Source: the human T2T-CHM13v2.0 reference genome, Homo sapiens. From it: DNA of 64,000 bases. Below are positions 50,220-64,000 of this stretch, one piece after another. Both the position numbers and the translations under genes were made by a program. Location of the stretch: the NCBI RefSeq assembly GCF_009914755.1, contig NC_060934.1; one strand, given 5' to 3'. Every line of letters starts with the position of its first letter. Position 1 is the first letter of the stretch. The notes beneath the pieces are model-generated. The model was not told the DNA's origin. It ran no database searches and saw only the letters and a program-made list of their open reading frames with translations.

Positions 50220-52879
50220 AAAAGCACCCTATTTGTATGCTGCACAGTGAAAGGAATGTAGGACCTTGAGTTTGAACCCCAGCCTCCTACTACTTCTGGC
50301 AAGTAACTTCCCCTTTTCTGGGTTGGTGATAACATAGCTTGCTGATATTGGGTGGTTGTGACTGAGGCTCACAGGAAATGGTATCTGCTCCCAGTGTTAG
50401 GTTATGCATCCTTGCTTGCATGGGGGTTCTCTTTCCCATTCTCTAGAACTGTAGAAAAATTGAGCATCTCTTATATCTATCGAGTCTGATCTTCCTAGGA
50501 GTTGAGCCCAAGAACTGGGTCAGTGGGTTGTCCCTGCAGAATGTTCCTTAGTGGCTTCCTACACAGTGGACCCAGCACCCGGTGCAGCCAGCCTGTCACC
50601 GAGACAGACGGGCAATGCCAAGTGACCCTCACCTAGACTCACAGAGATAAGTCACTACCTCCTCGCCTCTCTGAGGATTCGTGCCTGTTTTACTACTGTT
50701 ACCATCAGAGTTGTTCTACTCTTAGTCATAATTGTCTCAGCACAATTGGTTGAGCACTTACTATATGCCATGACTTTCCACCTGGCATCCGCCTTTAGGC
50801 ATTCCTTTATCATCCAACTCCTGCTTCGGGAAAATTTGTTTCTGTCTGTCTCCAAGATACAAAATCAAAAAGGTGTTTTAATCCTGAGGAAGAGTGTGAG
50901 TCTGGGAAAATTTTGGATCACCGAGGTGCAGCCATACCTTCCACAGCCATCACTGTTGCTTACAACTCACATGCCAAGAATTGCAAGATGAAGATGGTGA
51001 TCAGGAGGCATGACTTGGTAATACTGCTGAGGCTGGGAGTCTCTGGGAAATTCTGAGTGTGGGCAATGATTGTGGCAATCTGGTTCCCACAGGCATTAAT
51101 GATTTTTTCTTTTAACTAAAAGATTAGAATTTGCAAAATTATGTTAAACCAACTAACAAGGGGAATGGATTTAGGACCACATGTAAAATGATACTTTCCC
51201 CAATATAGCTTAATAGAAACATGTCATTTGTAGGTGGAAAAAACCTTCATATTCATATCCCCAGGAAGTCAATGGAAAATGAAGGTTGATGGAAAATGAA
51301 GTTAATATCTATGTAAAGCTTAAAATTAAAAAGTGAATATTAAAAAGAAACATGAATAATATGCTTCTTTGGAGTTTGGGGTTTTGCTATGGTTGTTGTT
51401 GTTGCTGTTGTTTTTCTTTTAGTAACTACTTGGTTAGTGTAAAGCAGAGAGGAGAATTAGGAGAGGCAGATGGCAGAGAGGTCTGCCATGGAAGATTCAT
51501 GGATGACAGGAGAGGCTGTGTTCCAGAAGGCAAGGTGAACAGGCTTTACACACACAGTTTGGGATGCCTCTGGGTACCACTTGGCAGGGCTGTTAGGAGG
51601 GCTGGTCCCAGGCTCCAAGTTCTAAGCAAAGCTTGAGCATTCAGGCCAGGTCTGCAGCCCAGGAAGTTTACACACAAACATATGAGTCAAGAAGAGCTTC
51701 AAGGACAGGGTGAGCAGTGGGTCAGGGGGCAGGTAGCCAGGCAAGGGCAAGGCTGACTGGCAGGCGAGCACCAGAAAGGGAGGCATCCAGACTCCTTGAC
51801 CTTCTTGACGTATGTCTGTGACCCTCGTTCCAGGAAGAAGAGCCCAAGGACCGTAGCAAGGCCCTGATTCTGGGAGACGAGAGAACACGCTGACTTAGAA
51901 TGCTTGTCTCTGCATCCTGGTCAGAAAGTAGATGGACGACACTTTCATCTCCGACTGGATTTTGGTGAGAGATGGGCAAACCCCGGGCTCTAGGCTGGAG
52001 CAGCAGCTCTTGTATCCACACAAAATCAGGACTGGTGGAGGGAGCCATCTTCAAACATAAATTTGGTGAGTTTAACAATCAGAGATTTGAAAAACACAGA
52101 AATGAACATTTCTGATCAATGACACTGCTGATCTGATGCATCATAACAGAAACCAGTCATCAAGGTACAACAAACTGTTCCAAACCACTGAGAAATGGCT
52201 TGTCTGTGGGCTCCCAGTTCAAATGCTCACAAACCTGGGAGGCTGGTTGATCAGGGTTGGGAGGGAGGGTCTAGCCATAGCTCAGCAGCTTCCCTAAGGT
52301 TGTTGTGCATGTCCCTAGCTGGCTTAGTTTGGGCTGATGTCTTTTACGTGTAGTTCTAGATGGTTTGAACATATTGGCTGTTTCTCGTTTTCTTCTGTTT
52401 AAGCGTCTTTTGGCAATGCACTCCTTGGGTTTGGAAGCTTCCCTCCAAGATGCTGAGCCCAATGTTTGGGGAAAGCCAGGGAAACAGATGCTGGGTCAGT
52501 GCTGCTCCCACCTCCTCTGCTCCCCTCCTGAGGGCTCCACTGAGTCACCAGCCAGCAAACAGCCCATGCGCCCTGGAGCAGATGGACTGTGGGTACACGA
52601 GCCTCTGAACTCTTGGGCAGCATGGGCACAACATCCTTTTGGCCTCACCCAATGACCTGGCTGTAAGTATATCACTTGTGTCCCAGAGGGAGCTTGGGTA
52701 CCAGGTGGTCATGACTCTGTTCTTTCATTGTCCCTGGGTGAATAGGGTGAGGAAATGGCCCTTGCTGTCCCCAGTGCCTGCAGTGCTTGGTCCCTTACTC
52801 TTCTCCAGTCTTTGCTCAGTTGTCAGCTCAATAGCAACCCTCCCTGCCACCCATGTCTTCTTTTTCTCTGTGAAGTTAT

Positions 52880-53710
52880 CACCAACTGGTGCACTGTATG
52901 TTCTACCTTCTGTCTCTTCTCTCTAGAATGCAGTCTCCATGAGGGCAGGGCTTTTGGTCTGGCTCATTCATGGCTGTTTTCCTAACACCTAGAGCAGTCT
53001 GGCACACAGCACATCAGTAATGAAGATCCAGGCAATGAACTCATAAATGGCCTTGAGGAGAATTTGGTTGTAAGAGGCCTGGGTGGCGCTGTGTTAAGGC
53101 CCCAACCCATCCTTCAACAGAAAGTGCCCTTGGCCATTTTCAGCATTCATATTTGCTGTGGGGACTCTGGGGCCTGGCATGTCCCTCTTCTCCTCTCACA
53201 TGCCTGTCCTGTGGATCGCCATGGGCTACTTTGCGAATGGGCAAGAAAGTCATAAAGCACTCATTAAAGCAAGAGAGGGAATTGGTCAGCCCACCCAATC
53301 CAGACTGGCTCAGCTGACCCCTAATTTATCAATTTCATTCATGCAGCAAGTATTGAGTGGGGTGGTGTGCTGGACATGGGGGTGTAATAATGAGTGGAGA
53401 TCCACTGGCTCACCCTTCCACAGTGGAGCTAGATGCTGATAAAAATAACCATGGAATTAGAAACATTTTTGCATCTAATCAGAAGGACAAGAGGGGCAAT
53501 CAAGGGGCTGGGTGATAATAGATCACAAAGGCTTGGGTTGGTGGGTGGTGGAGGTGTCCAGGCAGGCTTCCCCAAGGAAGTGACATGTGAGTTGGGATCT
53601 GAAGGTGGGCCCGTGAAGGGGCTATAGGGGGAGAACATTCCAGGAAAAGATAACAAAATGTGGGAAGACCCTGAGGTAGGAAGGATTGTGGTGCAATTGA
53701 GGAATTAGGC
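52880..53710. mobile_element. tail-to-tail L2 fragments (+ ~52880-53040; - ~53330-53710)
   Basis: CTAGAATGCAGTCTCCATGAGGGCAGGG...CCTAGAGCAGTCTGGCACACAG; TTCATTCATGCAGCAAGTATTGAG...GGCTTCCCCAAGGAAGTGACATGTGAG. Confidence 0.65.
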
Positions 53711-54029
53711 AAAGGATGGCAATTTCTTCTTCCCTTCAGCCCCATCCTTGTAAGAAACATCTGCCTCTTTTTTTCTGGGGTCAAGGTTTTGAGATGAACT
53801 TGCCTGTTCCCAGACTCTCTGAACCTGGCCATCTGTGCCTTCGGAAGGTTCTTTGCAGCTTTTGGATATCCGTGCCTTTCCCAGGCTCCTTGGGCCTAGG
53901 AAAAGGCCCAGCTGGGGAAGAAGTAAGGCCAGTCCTTCCCTGCGCCTGGGTATCTTTTTGCCTCTGCTCCACAGCAGCTTACATCATAGCGCCTCTGGGA
54001 GAGCCCCCATGGCCTCTCAGCTCCATTTC

Positions 54030-54420
54030 TTGAGGAAATTTTCAATTAAAGGGTAATTGAGCCAGAGGTGTGAAAACAAACTGCCACCCGATTGACGCAG
54101 CAATGCGCCTTTTACTGGCTGAGGGCTAGAGCGTGGGATTAACATTCTAGAGCTTCTAACAGAGCAAGCCTTTTAAAAACCTGTAAGATACGTATGCTAA
54201 TTATTTAATTATATAGTTAGGCCTGAGTTGTGAAAATTTCTATCTGGGGAATTACAGTGCATAATGCTTCAGTGAATGGCTTTAGAGACCCGTTTTCTAA
54301 AATGAGATTCTCTGTGTGACTGTTATGAGCAATGGCGCCATTTTGGTGGATGGGCAGTGTGGCTTTCCCAGTGACCAGACGTTGATCTCGGTGGCGATTT
54401 GAAAACAATTATCCTTGACC
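54030..54420. promoter_or_regulatory. candidate conserved enhancer block
   Basis: TCAATTA-n5-TAATTGA (54042-54060), GGGATTAA, TATGCTAATT (54193-54202), palindrome AATGGCGCCATT (54331-54342), retained CpGs. Confidence 0.5.
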
Positions 54421-55579
54421 ACACAGAAGGGAGGAGATAGTGTTCCACACACTCCCTGCTGCCAGGGCGGAGATCCTCTCCATGTCATGGTGCCATCTTC
54501 CTAGCAAGAGTAGAAAGAAATGCCATCCTGCCTGGGTCACCTGCAGGCAGGTAGGATCTATTGTCACAGTCATGGATACCTCCACCTCCCACAGAGATTC
54601 AGCCCCATTACAGGGTAAGGCCTGTGTATATATTACATGTGTAGGGGATGAAGCCTAAATAACCCTCACAAAGGTATTTTCTGAGCACCTACTGAATACC
54701 AGGCCTTCTGTGAGAGTTCCTGCCTTCAAGGGGCTCCCAGGTGGTAGGGGAAAGAGCAAGAGAGCAAGAAATGAGCTCTAAGTGTGACAAGGGCTGGTGT
54801 AGGGTCTGGATGCATGGCTGCCTTTCTGTCCTGGACACCACCCAGGCCTGAGAGAGTGGCTCCTGGCCTGGAGTTCTCAGATATTTAGAAAACCAAGGAG
54901 GTTAAATGGGGTTGGGGGGAGGGATAAGGAAGAGGACAGGAATAATTTTAGTATTTCTAAATCCCTAGTGCCAGCCTACATTTCCTGGTGCTAAGGGATC
55001 ACTCACAAATAAAAAATGTTACTTATGATAAAAGTCAGGGGCTGAAATGGTGTTGGTTTGGTGTGATCAGATAGATCATCCAGATCAAGAGTACAGAAGG
55101 TCTTGTTACACACACAGTTTTTGAAAGTGTAGCTATTGTGGCCTACCTCATCAACTTGAAGTATAGATCATTAACTTTTCAAATTCAAATGGGCATGAGC
55201 ACAGACTGGCCACATCAACTGCAAGTACAGTGTCTCTCTTGGGAATTTTTCTTTTTCCTTGGATTGGCTAAGTGTTCAAAGAGGTGGGGCCTACTGGGAA
55301 GGTTGTACAGACAGAGAACTGGGGAAGCTGGCCAGCTCATTTTTCATTTTGGGCTCACCCAGTAATCCTCATAGCCTAATAAATTGCCTTTATTTGCAAG
55401 GTAGTTTGAGGAAGGTTGTGATCACTTGAGAAAAAAGGAGCTCTAATACTCAGAAAATCTCTAGAAAACAGAAAATGCCTTTTAGTTGAGCAACATTATA
55501 AGACACCTTCAGAAGGGGCCCACCGTGGTGCTCCCAACATCTTGAATGCCCGTGCTGGGAAGGACCAAGGCTGCCATCC

Positions 55580-55822
55580 AGCCAGCCTTCCCCAGATGGG
55601 GACAGTGGGATACACTAGTTTTGTGTGATTTAAAAGATTTTTTTTTGGGAAATGTTTGGCAGTGGAGGCAGTGGGAAAAGATGAGTCAAATGAAGCTGTT
55701 TAGTAGGTTTCTTTACTGCAGGCCTTCTCAGAGCCTTTACAATGCTAAGGTACAGTGTGAGTCTTCAAGAGGAGGACAGAAAATGCAGTGTTTCCCCAAA
55801 CATTTCATCATGAGAACCTCTA
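55580..55822. mobile_element. hAT-Charlie (Charlie4-like) fragment
   Basis: AGGTTTCTTTACTGCAGGCCTTCTCAGAGCCTTTACAATGCTAA resembles a recalled Charlie4 consensus. Confidence 0.35.
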
Positions 55823-57019
55823 CAATTCATTAATATTGCATAATAGTAATGTGGTTCAAGCCACTACATTAGTGGCGGAGACGCAGGGACATTGGGGTAA
55901 CACGGTTACTGCCTGACCTCGAAACTGGAGCCCACCAGGGTTTTCCCATCACCTTCACCTTCTCTCTTGCCAATGTGCTGCAGAAACAGACATGCCCGTC
56001 TAACAAGGAGGGGCCTTGCTGGCAAGGCCCTTGCCTCTCAGCAAAGGTGGTGCAAGTCTCTGGCAGTAACAGTAAAACATTGGCTGGGACAGGCAAACAG
56101 CCAGGCCTAAAAGGGACTGCACCAGAGCATTCTCATCTAATTCTAACAAACATCATAGTAGTCCCCAGGAGAGCGGGGCCTTGGTGACGTATGGCCACTA
56201 TTACAGCACCCAGTTGGCCAAATGTCTCCAACTTTGATGGACGTTCATCTGGAAGGTCATTACCACAGGCATTGGAAATGCCCTCTAATTCTAGAAACTC
56301 TAAATAATTCATATTGGCAGCTGAGAAAAAAATTCAAGGCCAGCCTGTGTTAATTTACTTAAAGTGAATTTTGACTTTTTGTGGTTGTTTGCTGTTGTGG
56401 ACCAAGTTATGGCAAAGCAGTGGAACAGTGTTGTGGTTTTGTTCTCCTGTACATAAAAATCAGCAGATATCACCATACAATGGTGCATTATTGTTCAAAC
56501 TGGGAAAACTACACAGTGCACTAAATGATGCTTTTTCTCTTTTTTTCTAATTTTGGGGTCAGTATTCCTCAATATGATACTTCCAGGTATGCCTGTGCTT
56601 GTGTGTGATTCCTCGGGGCCATCCTACAGCAATTATTTGAATGTTTCCTTGGGATTTCTAGCTGTAGAGACCAGAAAGGTCATTAGGGTTGAGGAAGAAG
56701 TCCCAGTATAATACCCCCAACGCCATTCTGTAACTGCTCTCAGGAGTGGATCTGAATCAGTCAACTCAAAAGCCTGTAATAAAAGGGAAAAGGAGATGGG
56801 GGCAACCTTGGGGTCTACCTGGAAACCAGAAACCTGATGTGGAATGTGAGCAACTGAGGGCTGGAGAGACTCATCTTAGATGAAAGTGTAGGTTGAACGG
56901 AGGCAATTAGCATCATGGACATACAATGATAACAACTACAAGACAACAACCACAACAACAAGCAATAAAGGGCACTTTCCATGTGCCTGAGGCTGTACTG
57001 CACAATTTATATGGAAAGG

Positions 57020-57220
57020 GCTTGGCCTTTGGGGCACGGAGAACTAGGTTCAAATGTCAGCTCTCCTACCCATGTGTTCAGTGGCAAACCCATGAGGCTC
57101 AGCTTCATTGAACCTTAGTTTCTCCTCCTGCAAATGGGGATAACAAGAGCTTCCTTGTGAAGTTATTGTCAAATATAAATTCATGCATTTGAGACATTTT
57201 AAAGCAGGTGCATTGCACCT
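57020..57220 (+). mobile_element. MIR
   Basis: AGGTTCAAATGTCAGCTCT...CCTTAGTTTCTCCTCCTGCAAATGGGGATAAC. Confidence 0.7.
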
Positions 57221-58411
57221 GACATCCAGTGGGTGCCCTCAGCAGGGACCAGTGGTGTTGGTTCTCAGTGTCAGATGAAGCCTTGTGGAAGTAAGGTCAG
57301 AGTTCAATCTTTGAATGTGCCTGGAATCGGGACTTGGGGCAGGCTGGGGAACATGGTCTGCCCTAAATGTAACCTGCAGCTCTGGCACCGGAGGGTCCAA
57401 GCTGGTGTTTTTTGTTCACTCCATTTCAAGCTGAGCCTGTGTGATGTGCCAGGCACTCATGTTGGGCACCTGGGACTTAAGGATTAATCAGATATGTTGT
57501 CTTTGCATGTGTAGATGGGTCCAAGCAAGACCCGCCTCATCTCCACTCTGAATCTTTCTTGGAAACCTCTTAGAAGACATACCTGGGAGCCCCCACATCT
57601 TTCTGCTGTGCAGAGAACATCATGTCCTCATGAAATGAGCCATCTCCATGAAGATACAAAGCCCAGTGCCCAGGAAGCAGTCAGCCCTGACACTCTGGAC
57701 TTCACCAGGCCAGCAAAGCAGAACCAAAGGAACGGGTTGGCAATTGTCTGCATAATCCAGACAAAAGTGGATTGTTTTTTCTTTTTTCTTTCTGGTCCTG
57801 AATAGTCCAAGTCACTGGGGATGTTCTCTCTGCTCTTAGAGAAAGAACCACCAGGACCCCATCTGAGTGTCCCTTTGTTAACCAAAGGCCCCAGCTCCCA
57901 TGCCTTATTAGGGCAGTAAACAGAGAGATGGTGTATCATAGAGGCTGTTGTCCCTCTGCCAGCATTGGATAATTCTAGTAGCTGCTTGATGGGGTAAAGC
58001 AATTACGATGCATTTTTCATTCAATCAACCGAATCAATTAATTGCCTTACTCACATAGGAACAACAAAAAAACAAATCCCAAAGCCTTCTTGTTAAACAG
58101 TAAGCACGCTAGATAGGCTGCTTTTAAATCCAACATTTACATGAAATTATCTTCTTATATAATTAACAGCTACCAGTTAATAAACATGCCTCAGATAAAA
58201 GAGTAGCCCTATAAATGAACAAAATGAAACAGCACCATTTAGCATACTGAAGGTAATAGGCAGGCAGGTTCCATCAGGGCTGAGAGGCCTGCTGAAGATC
58301 CTTCCACAAGAGCTGTTCCTTGAGTCTGTGTAGACAGTTGGAAATTAGAGTGAGAGAGGAGAAGGAATAATGAAGGAGGCTGCCATTTAAAAATGTCTTG
58401 CCTGAAAACTA

Positions 58412-58754
<343 letters not shown>

Positions 58755-60189
58755 TCAGAACTGTGTGTATGGTAAGCCCCTCTTTGAAAGTTCTTTATAT
58801 ATTGGTAAATATTTTGTTCCTTCCAATAGCAAAAGATCTAAATTTCATGGATTTCCCACAGACTTGAGGATGGTGTTGGTACAGAGGTCCTCCTAGGCAC
58901 TCCTGCCGTGTGGTGGGCCCAGCACACCGTAGGAATGGCTGCAGCATTTGAAATGAAAAGGCCGGCATTACTCCTTGGGAGCTTTTTTGCAAACAAGCGT
59001 GTAAAAAGAGCCAGGCTGCAGCAGCTCTGGGTGAGATTTTACCCAAGGGGATTCTACAAAGTGGGAGGCAAACCATTCCACCTCTAGAATGCAATATTTA
59101 TGCCCCCATCAGAGGACGCTCATGACCTTTTTTTTTCCAGTTGTAATGGAAAAAAAGGGATATATATTGAAGAAAAAAATTTTAAGGAAAATCTCTCTCC
59201 TGATAAAGAGGGGGACTCTCAAATGCCAAAACAAAACCCAAGATGGGGGACACCCCATTTAGGTATTTTGAAGTGGTGATTTCTCTGCTGCCGATAGAAC
59301 CTGGTAGAACATTCTATCTACTTGGTGGGGAAATGGTTTTATGTCAGGCTAGGGTGATTTGTGTGATATTTCGGTGCCATTATATCCCAGTTCTTAGTCT
59401 TATCCCAATAACTCAGGGGCTCTATTCATAATGGCCGGGATCCTCTGGAACTCTGAGGAGGTGAAACCATCTAATCATAGGAGTCCGCAGTGAGAGGGGC
59501 CTGGCCAGCCCTCTGTTGACATCGCCTGTGCTGTCCCAGCAGACATTACAAGGACACAGCAATTTCCAAGTGACCCTTTTTCTGCAGTGTGGGGCTCTCA
59601 ACCTTAGTCACTGCAGCGTGGGAAGACTTCACTCTGAATAAGCAATGCCTCCTGAATGAGTCTGTCCCTTTTCTGAAAAAACAAACAAACAAACAAAAAA
59701 AACCCCCCAAACCAAAAAAACAACAAAAACAGCTCAGTGATGGGGAGGGGAGGTGGTCTCGTCTCGAATCTAGAATACAGCCGTGAATACCTGAGATGGA
59801 AGTCTTTTCCCTTTTATAGTGTGATCAAACAAGATAATGGAAGGCAAAGTGCTCCAGGAACTATCCCCAGCCACTACAATGGAAGATAATTAGTGTCATC
59901 ATTTTCTATTTGCAACATAAACTCAATCTACTTTCCTGGTACCTCCATAGGTGATGCGCCTGATCCAGGTGTGAAAATTGTAGCTCTCCTGGTTACGTCA
60001 GTCCTTTTGTTTGTCTGCAACCAGCCAGAAGCTGGGGGTGGGGTCATTCTGCTCTTCTTCAAGGCTTCATCTGAAGATGTGCAAATGTTTTCTCCTGCTT
60101 AACTCTGTCTGCACCCTTGATATCCCGAGGAAGACCACTGCTCTATAATCTATTCTGGGGGTGGGTGGGAATAATACTTTTTTTTTTTT

Positions 60190-60320
60190 TTTTTTGAGTG
60201 CTCACTATGAGCTTGGCACAGGGCTGAGCTTTTCACAACCTTTATCTCATGGTATTCTCATGACAGTCCCACCAGGGCAACTACTATTATCATCTCCATT
60301 TTACAGATGAGGACATGAGG
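60190..60320 (-). mobile_element. MIR
   Basis: GAGTGCTCACTATGAGC...ATTATCATCTCCATTTTACAGATGAGGA. Confidence 0.8.
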
Positions 60321-60495
60321 GAGTTTCCAGGGGTGGTAAAGATCTGTTTCATGATCTGGGTGCTGGTTGCATGGGTGTGCTGTGTTTGTGAGAATGTCAA
60401 ACATCTGTGAGAGGGGCTCTTTACAGAATACATGTTACAGTTCAATACAAGGTAAAAAGGAAGTTAAGGCCACTAAAAAAGTGGCTGTTTGCCAG

Positions 60496-60902
60496 TGTCG
60501 CTGGTTAAATGGTGGCCCTCAAAAGATGTGTCCATGTCTTAACCCTTGGAACCTGTGGATGTGACTTATGTGGAAATGGGTTTTTGAAGATGAGATCACC
60601 CTGGATTATCCAGGTGGGCCCTAAATCTAAAGATAAGTATCCTTAGAAGAGACACAGGGGGAGAAGAGGGGAAGTACTTGTGAAGACAGGCAGAGTGGAG
60701 TGATGATGTGGCCACAAGCCAAGGAATGGCAGGGGCCACCAGAAGCTGGAAGAGGCAACAAAAGATCCTCTTCAGAGGGAACCTGGCCCTGTGATACCTT
60801 GATTTTGAATTTCCGGCCTCCAAAACTGTGACAGAATCCATTTCCATTGTAAGCCAAGCAGTTTGTGGTCATTTGTTATGGCAGTCCTGGGAAACTAATA
60901 CA
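60496..60902 (+). mobile_element. solo MLT1C-like MaLR LTR
   Basis: TG...CA termini; CCTGGATTATCCAGGTGGGCCCTAAAT and GCCACCAGAAGCTGGAAGAGGCAA; exact 5-bp TSD GCCAG at 60491-60495 and 60903-60907. Confidence 0.88.
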
Positions 60903-61204
60903 GCCAGATAAACTTGGTCCTCTGTGGGCATGAGTACAGGAGATTTTTCCTGTAGGAGGTAGGAGTGTTTCATGTGATGAGTTCAAAACCTCATTCTGGG
61001 TTTCTTGTGGAGAATGGATAGGAGAGACAGGAGGCAGGGAAACCAGCTTTGTCCTTTACTGTATAAAAAACACAACCTCATGCATCAATTCCTTTTTAAA
61101 ATGCCATTTTCTTTTCTGACCAAAATTCACCCAGGAGGGTGGAAAGAAGAAAAGAAAGTGGTCAACTCCCTCCTTTGGATGTGAGGCAGAGTAGTCAACG
61201 TTGC

Positions 61205-62660
<1,456 letters not shown>

Positions 62661-62724
62661 ATTGAAAGGCACAGGTGTACAAGTGAAAAGGCAGGTGAGG
62701 GTGATGTTGGTTTTCAATCATAAA

Positions 62725-63190
62725 TTTACCATTTATTTTGAGAATTTACTGGGTACCAGTCACTGTGCTAAGCTCTAGGGTTTCATAATGGTGGCAATAT
62801 GGATATGTCTCCTGCCCATATGGAGTTTATTATCTGGAGAATAGACAGACACACATGAAGGAGTCACACAAATAAATATGAAAAGACTACTGTGGTAGGA
62901 ATAGAAAATAGAGGTCCCTAGTGTTACATATAACAGAGAAGACTTTGCATGATGACATGAAGACATCATGGTTGAGTTGAGATTTGAAGGAGAAATAGGT
63001 AACTAGGCAAATGGGTGGTGGTGGTGGAGAGTGCAAGGGCATCAGGCAGGGGAGGAAGATGGGCTGAAAGACCTGGGTGTGTTTATGTGTCTGGTTGGAG
63101 GCCCCAAATCTGAGGTTTTGTAGGCAGTGCTGAGAATTTTGCTTTGATCCTTAGAATAGTGGGAGGGCAATGAAGGGTTTGAAAGTGTGT
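62725..63190 (-). mobile_element. L2 fragment
   Basis: CATTTATTTTGAGAATTTACTGGGTACCAGTCACTGTGCTAAG...CCTGCCCATATGGAGTTTA...GAGTTGAGATTTGAAGGA. Confidence 0.65.
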
Positions 63191-63889
63191 GTCTGCACGT
63201 GCATGTGTGTGTGTGTAAGTGTGCATTTTGCACACATTTGTCCTCTGCACAGGGAGGTCAGGCCAGAAGGCTGGTGTTGATTTGGGTGTGGTTCTTGGGG
63301 AGACTTTGTGTTTTGCTGCAGGTGAACCTGGCCTTGGGACAGGAGCCATGGTAGATGCAATTGCAGTGACGGCACCAAGGACAGACCCCCAGGCCCTACA
63401 GGGAACAAGGAGAGGAGGCACTGGGGCCATGTTTGACAGTTTGTGAAGCCTTTTTATACTCATCCTCTTACTTCACTGCACAACAATTTGATGAGAGAGG
63501 AATTATTGTTTATATTTCTTAGAGTTTTCTACTTTCCGGAGAAGGAACCTGAGGATGAGAGAAGGTGGGCTGTGCTTGTGATTGTTTAACCAGGCAGTGA
63601 TGACACCAAGATGCGGTCCCTGGTCTTCCTGCTCTAAAGGCCCCCTCTTCCTCCAATATAACCCGTAACCAGGAATCGTGTTATGGGTTAGAGGCATTTT
63701 CCCAGGCTCTAAATTCTCCCTGGGCTCCTGCTGCGGGGCCATTCCCTTGGTTCAGAGCAGCTGTTAAGACAACTGGGCCTGGCAGCTTAGGGCCCAACAA
63801 GAGTCTTGTGTGAAGACTGAAAACCCATCCAATGATTCTCAGTTGCTCTACACCCACCTGGGCAGACCCAGCCAGGAGCCTCCCAGAGG

Positions 63890-64000
63890 TGTGATGGAGA
63901 GAGCCCCAGACTTGGAGTTGGGCAGACCTGTGCCCCAATCCTGTGCTTCCACCTTGCAGCCATTGCGCTTGGGCAAATCGCTTAGACTTTCTGGGCCTCA
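63890..64000 (+). mobile_element. MIR (runs off the window end)
   Basis: GGAGTTGGGCAGACCTG...TTGGGCAAATCGCTTAGACTTTCTGGGCCTCA. Confidence 0.7.

Noticed and set aside
51272-51304. Tiny tandem duplications (17-mer here; 8-9-mers near 783, 12095 and 44173)
   Set aside because: Ordinary slippage products at background frequency.
52880-53710. Tail-to-tail L2 ends as a miR-28/151-like hairpin
   Set aside because: The ends are ~300 bp apart and too diverged to pair.

Overview
Primate non-coding DNA, most likely human or another hominoid given an L1PA3-type insertion and AluS elements. I find no credible protein-coding gene, tRNA/rRNA or CRISPR-like array; the long ORFs come from Alu, L1, THE1 or GC-rich sequence. 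The window has about 8 Alus, several L1s, a full-length THE1A nested inside a 5'-inverted L1PA (both target-site duplications intact), solo MLT1 LTRs, hAT/Tigger/Mariner fossils (MER53, MER58A/B, MER82, MER20, half-MADE1) and many old MIR/L2 fragments. Primate-era insertions cluster at 22-33 kb. The 35-58 kb half holds several repeat-free, AT-rich but CpG-retaining blocks dense in homeodomain/SOX/FOX/POU/bHLH motifs, resembling conserved enhancers in a gene desert or giant intron near a developmental regulator. This is inference: I cannot see conservation or name the locus. There is also a set of short locus-derived duplications and fold-back insertions. I cannot support a new biological system; the best leads are the enhancer-like array, the nested L1/THE1A with a DUX4-type site kept in only one LTR, and the local templated copies. 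Subfamily names rely on recalled consensus sequences, and edges of old elements are approximate (about 20-50 bp).
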